A stretch of DNA of 64,000 nucleotides from Anthoceros angustus (GCA_010909165.1 MU008177.1:992001-1056000); one strand, 5' to 3'. Positions 1 to 12,145 are shown, counted from the first letter of the stretch. The notes: generated by a model not told the origin, from the sequence alone. Numbers and translations: made by a program.

Positions 1-119
1 ATTTTAGAATTTATAGTTGTCCCTTTGTGAATTGCGGGTGTCCAAACAGGGTTACACACAACGTTGGGCGGCTTTATGATGGGCTGGGAATAGCGACTGG
101 TCAGTAGATTGCTTCGACA

Positions 120-238
120 GGCCTGGGCCCTGGGCCTGGGCCTGGGCCTGGGCCTGGGCCTGGGCCTGGGCCTGGGCCTGGGCCTGGGCCTGGGCCTGGG
201 CCTGGGCCTGGGCCTGGGCCTGGGCCTGGGCCTGGGCC
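120..238 (+). repeat. (CCTGGG)n hexamer tandem array
   Basis: About 19 near-perfect CCTGGG units running directly into CCCTAAA repeats. Confidence 0.9.
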
Positions 239-315
239 TAAAACCCTAACCCTAACCCTAAACCCTTAACCCCTAAACCCTAACCCTAACCCTAAACCCT
301 AAACCCTAAACCCTA
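237..315 (+). repeat. Plant telomeric repeat tract (CCCTAAA/CCCTAA)n, interstitial
   Basis: Mixed CCCTAAA and CCCTAA units. Confidence 0.9.
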
Positions 316-408
316 AGCTTTGTCCTCGATAAGGATCTCATTTCCTTGAGGATTTTTCCCTCTGCTCTCTTTTCTACCCGCCTGCGGTCGTTTTTGGTTC
401 TCTTTTTA

Positions 409-437
409 CCCTAAACCCTAAACCCTAAACCCTAAAC
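409..437 (+). repeat. Telomeric tract (CCCTAAA)4 abutting the 3' end of a Penelope-like element
   Basis: Four perfect CCCTAAA units at 409-436. Confidence 0.9.
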
Positions 438-470
438 TAGTTTCGCCAAAAGGCTCATCAGTGGGTATAA
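431..470 (-). ncRNA. Minimal hammerhead ribozyme at the 3' end of a Penelope-like element
   Basis: Minus strand reads TTATACCCA-CTGATGA-GCC-TTTT-GGC-GAAAC-TA-GTT: full catalytic core, 3-bp stem II, very short palindromic stem III, as in PLE minimal hammerheads. Confidence 0.8.
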
Positions 471-2530
471 TCCTTATTACAATTGTGCAGATGGAGCACC
501 ACATATATAGACCAAGAATGGCCAGAAATCTCGATGAGATAAAGAGTATTATCTGGATACGAGAAAAATCTAGAATAATTTAGATTAAAATAATAGGCTA
601 AAAGATAATAGAAAAAATAGATCCCTCGAAAAATAAACTAAAGAGGCTGAACCTTGGCTCGCACCAAAACAGTACCCAATTTCTTCGGATTCCGCCAACA
701 GACGATTGGCTTAGAAAAGAAGGACAAACGGAACTTTTTGCATTTCTGCATGGAGTATAGGGTTTAGGGAAGCCCCCAGGCATAGCGACTTACTCCAAGG
801 GGAGTAGTCCAACTTGATTACGATGGGCCTCATCTTTGGGGCGGTGGAGCAATAAACACAGCCTACTCGGTAGGAAACCTTCGAGAAGCAAAAGCGAAAA
901 AGCTAGGATAACCTAGCGCCTATGATAAAAGGAAAGCCGGACGGAAAGATAACCGGAGAAGGAACTCTCGCGAATCACATACCGACGGAGCTCGCTGACG
1001 ACAAAAGAAATCTTCTGGTGTCGAGGATGGAACGAGCGCCAGGGGAGATACTGGTAAATGTTGAGCTGCTTTTGGAAGCAGCGAGTGGGGAGAAGACCGG
1101 TAGAAGGGAAGTCAGGTCCCTTGAACATGGTGAAGTTCAGGAAGTCGCAGGATGAGTCAGAGATGACCCAAGTGAGATTGATGGAGGCACGAGGTCGAGT
1201 AAAACCGCATTGATCCTCCAAAAGATCCCTATCACGCCCGATAAAACCATCATCGATGAACCTTTTAAGGTCCAACAGATGGACAACAAGAGGGTGTTTA
1301 TAGGCCGACTTCAAGCAGATAAGAAGAGGCGAAGACACAAGAAAAGTGGTGCCCATGGCGTCTGCGAACCCGCACTGTAGAAAGCACCATCAAACTCTAG
1401 ATAGTTGTTGTACAGGATCAGGGAAGCCGCATCCAAGATGAGATCCGCCAAAGGTTGGAGAATGTATCCAGAGGCAATAATGCGCTCACGGAGACATCGG
1501 AGACCAAGGTCAATGGGGATACTAGGATAAAGGGATTCTACATCAAAAGAGAAGAGGAGAGAGGAAGCAGGAATCTGCTTCGACTGATAATCTCTGATGA
1601 GGGTGGTAGAATCAAGGAGGTAGGTGGCTTGGGACTTCAACACAGGAAGAAGCTGATCATGTAACCACTGGGAAAGGTGTTCAAAGACATACCCCACCGA
1701 GCTGCAGATGGGGCGGCCAACAAGCCGAGGCTTATGGACTTTGGGAATGATGTAAAAGACAGACCCGAAAACACGAGGAGGGCTCATGGAAGAGGAACGC
1801 CAGTGCGAGCATCTATGGGGACCCGAGGCCGTATCTAGACCGGAGAGAGCAACCTCTCTCAATCGTTCGAGAGGGACTACGGGACGCAGACATAACGCCG
1901 GTCAAAGAGTTGCCTAATGGCCTCGCCAAATACCAAGTGCGATCCATCAAGACAAGGCCGAGGTTCTTGTCGGCGCTTGATGACAAGGTTAGGGTTGGAG
2001 AACTTCTTCAAGAGGCAGTGTGCTTGGAGGGTCCAGACCTAGGAGGCGAGGGGTAGAAGAGAGGCGGGCTGCAAGAAGATCCCCGCCGTCGAGAGAATAC
2101 GGACAAGGAGGGTTGAAAGAGGCGGTGAAAGCTTGGGTTGGGAACCCTAAACTTGGGGACGAGGCCGAGTCGTAAAAGCAACTTGCAGTGCGTCTTCTGA
2201 AGAGGTCAAACTCATTAAGAATAGAGGCGCGAGTGGGAAGGGAGGAAGGGATAAAATGGAGGCCCTCACAAGAAAAAGCTTCTCTCTAAAAGAAAGAACA
2301 CGAGAGAAGGTATGAATTTTGAAGTTCAGAACTTCAGCAGACAGCGGCTAGGGGTAAAGCGCCCTAAGACACGAAGCAAAAGAGGTCGGGATAGGTGAGC
2401 GCCAACCAAAGCCTTCCGCCTACTACACTGTCCCTCTTGTGAGGGGTTTGTAGCACATGCCCTTTCCATGGGAACCGGATCCATTCCTCCCTTGGGCGTT
2501 CTCGGAAGAGGAGCAATGCACGACACCAGA
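437..2530 (-). mobile_element. Penelope-like retroelement copy 1 (frameshifted RT ORF, stop at 638-640, no C-terminal GIY-YIG)
   Basis: Motifs YIIPKVHKPRLVGRPICSS, FDVESLYPSIP, (TA)MGT, RFIDDGF, thumb region, and terminal WRNPKKLGTVLVRAKVQPL*. Confidence 0.85.
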
Positions 2531-2657
2531 GTAAGGAACACATGGTGAAATGCAAGTTCATTGAGAACTTCTAAATGAAGTTCTCAAAGACTACATTGAG
2601 AAAAAGACCTCTTCAACATCGAGGTGTGGTGCGCAACATTGTCACCGCTAGGAGGAC

Positions 2658-2848
2658 TATTGAGGATTAAACCCAACACTAGTTTACTCAAGATAGGTTA
2701 ATCATAGTTAATTTGTCTAACTCAAAGACACTTACAATTTTGTATATAAGGACATCTTTATTCTTTTATTAAATATTAGTTTTGAGTCTTGCTCTCTAGC
2801 CTAGGTGTTCTAGCTAATTGCAAGATATATTTAACATGGTATCAAAGC
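2658..2848 (+). mobile_element. Short LTR with tRNA-Met PBS (TRIM-like fragment), copy 1
   Basis: PPT-like AGGAGGAC, then TATTG...AACA (2658-2836), then TGGTATCAAAGC. Confidence 0.55.
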
Positions 2849-3315
2849 CCTCGATGCTCCGAGACTCAACGTATAGATTTCATATTGTTTGCGTGTGTTC
2901 GCACAACTAGTGAACATGAGATTTCAAATAAGTCCAATTCTCATTCTAGATGAAGGTTTGGAATTTGCTGAAACCTTTATTTCACTAGCCTGCATACAAC
3001 ATGTTAGTCTAATGTGTCTAGTCTAAGGTTGCATCTATCATAGATGATAGACACATCAGTTTGTGGTCCCTGTGCTTAAAATGCCTAGAAGGAGTGGTAG
3101 GCGTAGTAATAGGCCTATTCCTACATCTCCTTGGGCTGCCAGGATCGACTACATCCGAAGGCGACACAATAATCTGATCACGGATGCTTGGATTCAGGAC
3201 AGAGAAAGGCAGGATAGGGAGAGAGAACCTTTTGTCTCTCCCCACTCCTATCCAAGTCGAGTGGTCGCCAGGCGTCTTGAGTTTGACAGAGTAACCTTCG
3301 CAATCAAGGATTGAA

Positions 3316-4330
3316 CGAGAAAAATCTAGAATAATTTAGATTAAAATAATAGGCTAAAAGATAATAGAAAAATAGATCCTCGAAAAATAAACTAAAGAGG
3401 TCGAACCTTGGCTCGCACCAAAACAGACCCAATTTCTTGATTCAATGCACGATTGGCTTAGAAAAGAAGGACAAACACGGAACTTTTTGCATTTCTGCAT
3501 GGAGTATAGGGTTTAGGGAAGCCCCCAGGCATAGCGACTTACTCCAAGGGGAGTAGTCCAACTTGATTACCTGATGGGCCCTACTGTCTTTGGGGGCAGG
3601 TGGAGCAATAAACACAGGCCTACTCGAGTAGGAAACCTTCGAGAAGCAAAAGCGCAAAAAAGCTGGGGATAACCCCTAGCGCAACCTATGATAAAAGGAA
3701 AGCCGGACGGAAAGATAACCGGAGAAGGAACTCTCGCGAATCACATACCGACGGAGCTCGCTGACGACAAAAGAAATCTTCTGGTGTCGAGGATGGAACG
3801 AGCCGGAGATCTTGGTAATGTTGAGCTGCTTTTGGAAGCAGCGAGTGGGGAGAAGACCGGTAGAAGGGAAGTCAGGTCCCTTGAACATGGTGAAGTTCAG
3901 GAAGTCGCAGGATGAGTCAGAGATGACCCAAGTGAGATTGATGGAGGGCACGAGGCTGGAGTAAAACCGCAGCCAGTCCTCCAAAAGATCCCTATCACCA
4001 GTCCAGATGCCGAAACCATCATCGATGAACCTTTTAAGGTCCAACAGATGGACAACAAGAGGGTGTTTATAGGCGTCGACTTCCAAGGCAGATAAGAAGA
4101 GGCAGGCGAAGACAACAGCAAAGCTGGTGCCCATGGCCGTACCGCGAACCTGCCTGTAGAAAGCACCATCAAACTCTAGATAGTTGTTGTACAGGATCAG
4201 GGAAGCCGCATCCAAGATGAGATCCGCCAAAGGTTGGAGAATGTATCCAGGCAATGCTCTCACGGAGACATCGGAGACCAAGGTCAATGGGGATACTAGG
4301 ATAAAGGGATTCTACATCAAAGAGAAGAGG
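3316..4330 (-). mobile_element. Penelope-like element copy 2 (3' half of RT)
   Basis: ORF 3676-4287 with RQVRGTAMGT and RFIDDGFGIW; near-identical to 559-1560. Confidence 0.85.
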
Positions 4331-5060
4331 AGAGAGGAGCAAGTCAGGGAACAGTGGCAACAACTCCCAAGATCCTAAACGACTGATGATTTGGGGTCCT
4401 AGCACGCAGTGAGCCAGCAGGCACCTTTCAAAGTTGTATCTGTTGTTGCATCCAAGTGTTAGCATCCGTCCCCGCCTCTTCATTCTGGAGTCATGTCTCC
4501 TGCGTTCTTGGTTGCTCGCCACATTCATGTGAACCGTTATTGATTAGCTATTCACATAATATAGTTTAGGGTTTTCACTTAAAACAAAACTAAAGTTAAC
4601 GAAGCGTCTTGCAACGAACTGCGTATCCTTTATGTCTCAACTAGCTACGTTTGATTTGCGTGTGTTTAGCATGTAGGCGATGTTGCAGTTGACTCGATAG
4701 TGACTCGATCCAACCAATTCTCGGCTTTATTCTCGATCCACCACTTCGTCATTCCCATACTTGTTAAGCCCATTATGGCGTCCCTCCAAGCGCTCATGAT
4801 CCACATCCGCCGGGTCTCTTTATTCGTGTGAATTTAAGGAGAAAGATGATTTGATGGGAAACCGAGGTTTGAGAGTTGGAAGGCAAGAATGAAAGCTAAC
4901 TGGATGCCGAGGATGTGGGAGTATGTGGACGGATCCATACCCAATCCGTTGAAGGTTCCTAGCACAACATCACCACAAACCAACAAGCGATGACATAGCA
5001 AAGTGGAAGAAAGGCAACAAGGTTGCTTCGCTATTCTATTATCTGATGCGGATGAGTCGA
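4330..5060 (+). repeat. Duplicate of about 7535-8275 (Copia leader and gag start)
   Basis: Direct sequence match to the 7535-8275 segment. Confidence 0.75.
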
Positions 5061-6448
5061 GATGACCCAAGTGAGATTGATGGAGGGCACGAAACGGGCA
5101 ACTTGCCCTCCTCCAAAAGATCCCTATCACCAGTCCAGATGCCGAAACCATCATTGATGAACCTTTTAAGGTCCAACAGATGGACAACAAGAGGGTGTTT
5201 ATAGGCATCGACTTCCAAGGCAGATAAGAAGAGGCAGGCGAAGACAACAGCAAAGCTGGTGCCCATGGCCGTCTGGCCGAACGCAGAAAGCACCATCAAA
5301 CTCTAGATAGTTGTTGTACAGGATCAGGGAAGCCGCATCCAAGATGAGATCCGCCAAAGGTTGGAGAATGTATCCGGAGGCAATAATGCGCTCACGGAGA
5401 CCGGAGACCAAGGTCAATGGGGATACTAGGATAAAGGGATTCTACATCAAAGAGAAGAGGAGAGAGGAAGGTGAATGCCCGGTCGATAATCTCGATGAGG
5501 GTGGTAGAATCAAGGAGGTAGGTGGCTTGGGACTTCAACAGGAAGAAGCGATCATGTAACCAGGAAAGGTGTTCAAAGACATACCCCACAGTGCCTAGAT
5601 GGGGGCCAACAAGCCGAGGCTTATGGACTTTGGGAATGATGTAAAAAGAGACGAAAACACGAGGAGGGCTCATGGAAGAGGAAACGCCAGGTGCGAGCAT
5701 CTATGCTGGGGACCCGAGAGCCGTATCTAGACCGGAGAGAGAGCAACCTCTCTCTCAATCGTTCCAGAGGGACTACGGGGACGCAGACATAGACGTCGGG
5801 GTCAAAGAGTTGCCTAATGGCCTCTGCCAAATACCAAGTGCGATCCATCAAGACAAGGCCGAGGTTCTTGTCGGTAGGCTTGATGACAAGGTTAGGGTTG
5901 GAGAACTTCTTCAAGAGACGAAGTGTCTGCTTGGAGGGTCCAGACCTAGGAGGCAGAGGGGTAGAAGAGAGGCGGGCTGCAAGAAGATCCCTGCCGTCGA
6001 GAGAATACGGACAAGGAGGGTTGAAAGAGGCGGTGAAAGCTTGGGTTGGGAACCCTAAACTTGGGGAGAGGCCGAGTCGTAAAAGCAACTTGCAGTGCGT
6101 CTTCTGAAGAGGTCAAACTCATTAAGAATAGAGGCGAGTGGGAAGGGAGGGAAGGGATAAAATGGAGGCCCTCACCAAGAAAAAGCTTCTCTCTAAAAGA
6201 AAGAACCTGAGAGCTGAAGGTATGAATTTTGAAGTTCGTAACTCGGCTGTACAGGCGGCTAGGGGTAAAGCGCCCTAAGACACGAAGCAAAAAGAGGTCA
6301 GGATAGGTGAGTGCCAACCAAAAAGCCTTCCGCCTACGGCCGCCTGTCCCTCTTGTGAGGGGGTTTGTAGGCACCGCTGCCCTTTCCATGGGAACCAGAT
6401 CCATTCCTCCCTTGGGCGTTCTCGGAAGAGGACGAATCACGACATCAG
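5050..6448 (-). mobile_element. Penelope-like element copy 3 (N-terminal and core RT)
   Basis: IHTFSSQVLSFREKLFLGEGLHFIPS (PLE N-terminal motif), VIKPTDKNLGLVLMD (DKG motif), YIIPKVHK, FDVESLYPSIP. Confidence 0.85.
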
Positions 6449-6586
6449 AGAGTAAGGAACACATGGTGAAATGCAAGTTCATTGAGAACTTCTAAATGAA
6501 GTTCTCAAAGACTACATTGAGAAAAAAGACTGACCTCTTCAACATCTGAGGTGTGTGGTGCGCAACATTGTCACCGCTAGGAGGAC

Positions 6587-6780
6587 TATTGAGGGATTAA
6601 ACCCAACACTAGTTTACTCAAGATAGGTTAATCATAGTTTAATTTGTCTAACTCAAAAGACACTTACAATTTTGTATATAAGGACATCTTTATTCTTTTA
6701 TTAAATATTCGTTTTGAGTCTTGCTCTCTAGCCTAGGTGTTCTAGCTAATTGCAAGATATATTTAACATGGTATCAAAGC
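6587..6780 (+). mobile_element. Short LTR with tRNA-Met PBS (TRIM-like fragment), copy 2
   Basis: AGGAGGAC|TATTG...AACA|TGGTATCAAAGC; near-identical to 2658-2848. Confidence 0.55.
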
Positions 6781-7989
6781 CCTCGATGCTCTGAGACTTC
6801 TGTATAGATTTCATATTGTTTGCAGTGTGTTCTGCACAACTAGTGAACATGAGATTTCAGCGAAGTCCAATTCTCATTCTAGATGAAGGTTTGGAATTTG
6901 CTGAAACCTTTATTTCACTACCCTGCATACAACATGTTAGTCTAATGTGTCTAGTCTAAGGTTGCATCTATCATAGATGATAGACACATCAGTTTGTGGT
7001 CCCTGTGCTTAAAATGCCTAGAAGGAGTGGTAGGCGTAGTAATAGGCCTATTCCTACATCTCCTTGAGGCTGCGGGACTACATCCGAAGGCGACACAATA
7101 ATCTGATCACGGATGCTTGGATTCAGGACAGAGAAAGGCAGGATAGGGAGAGAGAACCTTTTGTCTCTCCCCACTCCTATCCAAGTCGAGTGGTCGCCAG
7201 GCGTCTTGAGTTTGACAGGAGTAACCTTCTGCAATCAAGGATTGAACGAGAAAACTGGTTAGTAGGAGTTGACGAAGACGCAGCACTACTTGACCAACTG
7301 GATTCGACAGCACGTTCTTTTGCAACTGAGAGATTCTCCTTCAGATTGGACAGCATTGAAGCCTTGGTGGCTCATTGTTGCTCGACTCGACCACGGCTTG
7401 GGCGATTTCTTCGTGTGGAATCCTCCAATCAAGTCGTGAACTGCGAATGAGATTGCTAGCCTCAAAGTTTTGTTAGAACTGCTCCATCTCTGCTGTTGAC
7501 CATTCGACCTACAGAATCACTTGTCCCCATGAGAGAGGGAGCAAGTCTTTGAGGACAATGACAACTCCCAAGATCGACGGATCTGATTTGGGGTCCTAGC
7601 CTGGCGGGGAGCTCAGGCACCTTTCAAAGTTGTATCTGTTGGCTGTTGCATCCAAGTGTTAGCATCCGTCTGTCGCCTCTTCATTGCTGGAGTCATGTCT
7701 CCTGCGTTCTTGGTTGCCTGCCACATTCATGTGAACCGTTATTCAGTTAGCTATTCACATAATATAGTTTAGGGTTTTTCACTTAAAAACAAAACTAAAG
7801 TTAACGAAACGTCTTGCAACGAACCGTTTCGTATCCTTTTATGTCTCAACTAGCTACGTTTGATTTGCGTGTGTTTAGCATGTAGCTGATGTTGCAGGTT
7901 GACTCTGATAGTGACTCAGATCCGAACCAATTCTCCTGGCTTTATTCTGATCCACCACTTCCTGTCATTCCCATACTTGTTAAGCCCAT

Positions 7990-10900
7990 TATGGCGTCCC
8001 TCCAAGCTCAGATTCCACATCCGCCGGGTCTCTTTATTCGGTGAATTTAAGGAGAAAGATGATTTGATGGGAAACCGATCGGGTTTGAGAGTTGGAAGGC
8101 AAGAATGAAAGCTAACGGATGCCGAGGATGTGGGAGTATGTGGACGGATCCATACCCAATCCGTTGAAGGTTCCTAGCACAACATCACCACAAACCAACA
8201 ACTGATGACATAGCAAAGTGGAAGAAAGGCAACAAGGTTGCTTTCGCTATTCTATTATCTGGTCTGGATGAGTCACGATGGCGAAGTTGACACCTTTGGC
8301 GTGAAGGCTTGCAGGCGATTACCGATCCGTAATGTTTGTACGATGATCAATGCTCGTAATGACTTCCATAGTCTTAGGTTGAAGGAGGGGAACCGTTGGG
8401 GCTCATATCACTAAGTTGAGGCACCTACGGGCACTTGCCGCGCTAGGTACCAAGATCAACGAGGTGGAGATGACCGCTCAAGCACATTGGCCGCCTTTGT
8501 CCTATCAAACATTCATATCCATATAATGCCACCTTGCGTGATGCCTACAAGGCAGCAGCAAGTGGTCAACCTTCAACATTGAATCTGAATGAAATCATAG
8601 GAGCTCTCTTGCAAGAGGAACAAAGCCACCTACGTACCCATTCAGGTTCCCGCCTGCGTGGGGAGAAGGTCTGTTTGCCTCCAAAGGAAAAGGACATTGG
8701 AAAGGGAAAGACAAGGGCAAGAAGATATCCACATCTTTTACCTCCTCTTCCAACTCCTCGACCAAACGAACTGGTAACTGTAACTGGTGTCAGATCCCAG
8801 GACACTGGGAACGTGACTGCAGGAAAAAGAAGGCGGGTGAGCCGAAGAAGGATTCCAGATCTGAAGCTCACATTACATCAAAGGAGAAAAAGACCTATGG
8901 ATCTCAACATAAGAGTGGGAGTACTGTTCTTACAGTCTGCCTGACTTCTTATAAGGATCAGTCTTCCTCCTAGTTTGTGGACTCCGGCGCAACGGCTCAT
9001 GTCTGCAACAACCGTGAACTCTTCTCCACCCTGCACAAACAGTTGTCACCTCAACTTGTATATGTTGGTGATGCTCGTGGTGTTAAGGTAAAAGGGACTG
9101 GTTCGGTTGACATACTTCTTTTTGGTGGATCAATTCTGCATCTGGACGATGTTCTCTTTGTCCCCGAGATGAGTAAGAACCTTCTATCCATCGAGCCCTT
9201 ATTCGTGGTCAGCGACGGCTTTAAGTTTGAGAACAGAAGTGCTATATCTACCGGTCATGTCCAAGTCTTTTATTGCTAATGTTCTAATCAATGACTTGTA
9301 TCAGCTAGTTACAGTTCATAAATCCAAAGTTAGGGCTCTCTTGGCTGCTTACAACGTACAAGCTAACCTCTGGCATGCACGTTTAGGACATGTGAACAGA
9401 TCTAAGTTAGACCTCATGTCATCGTCCAGCTGTTATCGAGAACAACTTCCCCCTTACTTTAAGCATCTTGAGGCATGTCGCTCCTGCATTTTATCCAAAC
9501 AAAAAGAGTTACCATTCAAGAATAAGACAGCAATAAGAGCCACTAAGGTGCATATCCCATGTGTGGATAGGACAGCAGTGAACACCCCAAGAAAAGCCAT
9601 GGTTCTGCCTAGGACAGTTAGGTTGCTTTCTTAGAGTAGCTGAACTCTTTTAGACCTAAGGCAGCCATGTGCTGAAAATGTTTGGCCAAGTACCTGAGCC
9701 ACAACTAGAGCCAAAACCCGTACCTGAGCCACAACCAGAGCCAGAACCCATACCTGAGCCACAACCGGAACCAGAACCCCTACCTAAACCAGGTCATGCA
9801 CCTATACCTGAGTCGGAGCCGGTTCGATGGTCATCAAGGTTTAGACCTCCACCAGAAGCCTGGAAGGAACCTCGTTATGAATCCGTTGACTTCAAGAGTT
9901 CATTTGCTGAGGTCGTCAACTCCGCTTCCATGACTATCCATCTTGAACCACAGTCTCTAACAACTGCCCTTACAAGTCCTGATAGTGACAAATGGAAGGC
10001 TGTCGTAGATGATGAATTCAATTCCCTAGTGAAAAACCAGACGTGGATACTTGTAGATCTCCCTCCTGGACGAAAACCCATATCCTATAAATGGGTATTT
10101 AAACTGAAATTAGATGCCAAAGGTGAAATTGCAAGGTATAAAGCGAGGCTTGTGGCCAGAGGATTTACCCAAGTTGAAGGACTAGACTATCAAGAGACGT
10201 TCTCTCCTGTTGTGAGAGCTCAGTCGATAAGAATGATCCTAGCCCTTGCAGCAGAGTTCGATCTCGAACTCCATCAAATGGATGTATGTACTGCTTTCTT
10301 ATACGGGTCGCTCGATGAAGACCTATATATGCATCAGCCTGAAGGTTATGAAGACAAAACACAACCACACAGAGTCTGCAAATTGCTGAAAACAATATAT
10401 GGATTGATGCAAAGTGGGAGAGTGTGGTACCTTAACATCCATGTGTATCTACTGACTCAGTCGTTTGTGCAAAGTGCTGCAGACAATAATGTATACAGAC
10501 TCACTCGTGGTAACAGTTTCGTTATTCAGCCCTTTATGTCGATGATGTCATTCTTGCAACGAATGATCATGCACTGTTAGCATATGTAAAGCACATGCTC
10601 AACTCTAAGTATGAAATGAAAGATATAGGAGAGTTGAGGTTTTGCCTTGGGATACAACTTCTACGAGTGCGATCGGAAGGCATTCTGATCATCCACCAAT
10701 ACCAATATATTCAAGACTTGTTGACCAAATTCAAACTGGATCAGGCTCGTCCTGTCACAACACCATTTACAGTAGGAGTTAGACTCACTAGCTTACAATG
10801 CCCTCAGAGTGTAGAAGAACAATCAGAGATGGCTTCTGTACCTTACCGTCATGCAATTGGTAGTCTGCTTTTTATAGCAAACTGGACTCGTCCAGATATA

Positions 10901-11432
10901 CAGTTTGCTGTGAGCACCCTATCACAATTCCTGGAGAGTCCAGGGAGGGCACACTGGGTTGCTGCCAAGAGAGTGTTCCGATTCTTGAAAGGCACAGCAC
11001 GCAATGGATTGTTCTATAAATGCTCAGGTCAAGCTAGGCTCATACTAAGAGGTTTTCTGATGCCGATTGGGCATCGGACAATGATTCTCGCAATCTATCT
11101 ACATCGCTTCATGCTTTCATTAGTCTAATTAGAGCTGCAAAAAGAACATATGGCTTTGTCATCTACTCAGGTGAGTATAAAAGCAGCAGATGCATCTAAA
11201 GAAGCGAGTGGGGGCATACCTTTCTCAATGACCTTGGGCGGCGACAAGATGAACCAACTCTTCTTTGTTGTGATAACATGTCTGCTTTAGCTCTTGTAGC
11301 GAATCCCAGGTTCCATGCAAGAACGAAGCATATCGAAATACAACATCATTATATTAGGGACGTGGCAGAACGGGGAGTGGTGAAGGTGGAATATATTCCG
11401 ACAGATGAAAACACGGCATACATATTGACAAA
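7990..11432 (+). mobile_element. Ty1/Copia gag-pol, degenerate, integrase core deleted, truncated in RNase H by telomeric repeats
   Basis: Gag WEYVDGS region, protease DSGATAHVC, LWHARLGH...CRSC, RT KWVFKLK/YKARLVARGFTQ/QMDVCTAFL, RNase H ARTKHIEIQHHYIRD. Confidence 0.9.
9688..9790 (+). repeat. 30-bp tandem repeat encoding PEPQPEPEP in the Copia IN-RT linker
   Basis: TACCTGAGCCACAACCAGAGCCAGAACCC-like unit repeated about 3.5 times. Confidence 0.8.
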
Positions 11433-11520
11433 GGTTTAGGGTTTAGGGTTTAGGGTTTAGGGTTTATGGTTTAGGGTTTAGGGTATAGGGTTTAGGGCTT
11501 AGGGCTTAGGGTTTAGGGTT
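11433..11520 (+). repeat. Interstitial telomeric tract (TTTAGGG)n
   Basis: About 12 units, some variant (TTTATGG, TATAGGG, CTTAGGG). Confidence 0.9.
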
Positions 11521-11785
11521 GTGAAAGCCTAAGCTTTCAAAGTTTTGTGGAGTATGTCGGCCAAATATCATGAAACAATGCTGACAACTCCACGTTTTTC
11601 AGTCACTCCTGCACAAGCAATATAGTGTTTTAGAGTGGAATTAGGATCGAGAACAATAGGATACAAGTGGATGAAGCTCAACGCCGAACTAATCACCTGT
11701 TATCCTTTCTTCAGTCACTGTTCCTTAACCTCCTCAATTCTTCTAGTAGTTGAGTTGTCTCTGCAAGTGGCTTCAAGAGAGTTGT

Positions 11786-12145
11786 CTATGTGTTCGAGAG
11801 CCTCTCAGTTTCAGCTATGTTGTTGCCTTCCACAGTCTCTACAGTCTCTTGAGGGCTGCTCCAGCATGGGTTGATGTTGAGGCTTATTCGATAGCCTCCT
11901 AAGCAGACGTATGCACCCATACAGTGTCGCTCTTCCCAATCCTCCGGCCTCTGAGCTGGTCTCCTAGGGCGTGGTCTGGTCCCCTTCTTGTGTTTCCTCT
12001 CCGCAGTGATTTGCCAACCAGTCGTGCTTGCAGACCTATACTGAAAGCCACTCCTAGTCTTCATGACTAAAGACAAGAGATTCAGTAGCAGGAAGAAAGT
12101 AAGCTCAGCGGTGGCAACGCAGGAGAATATGTAGAAGGCGGCCAT
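11786..12145 (-). CDS. Putative Copia antisense ORF (hydrophobic segment + MKTRSG + basic region)
   Basis: Open frame MAAFYIFSCVATAELTFFLLLNLLSLVMKTRSGFQY...; homologous segments in two other Copia elements in this window. Confidence 0.5.
   Translation of the reverse strand: MAAFYIFSCVATAELTFFLLLNLLSLVMKTRSGFQYRSASTTGWQITAERKHKKGTRPRPRRPAQRPEDWEERHCMGAYVCLGGYRISLNINPCWSSPQETVETVEGNNIAETERLSNT

Noticed and set aside
6290-6410. LVPME...RRRKAFW..LTYP resembling the tail of an N-terminal GIY-YIG endonuclease
   Set aside because: The frame differs between copies 1 and 3, and the catalytic E and the GIY/YIG motifs are not visible; too weak to call.
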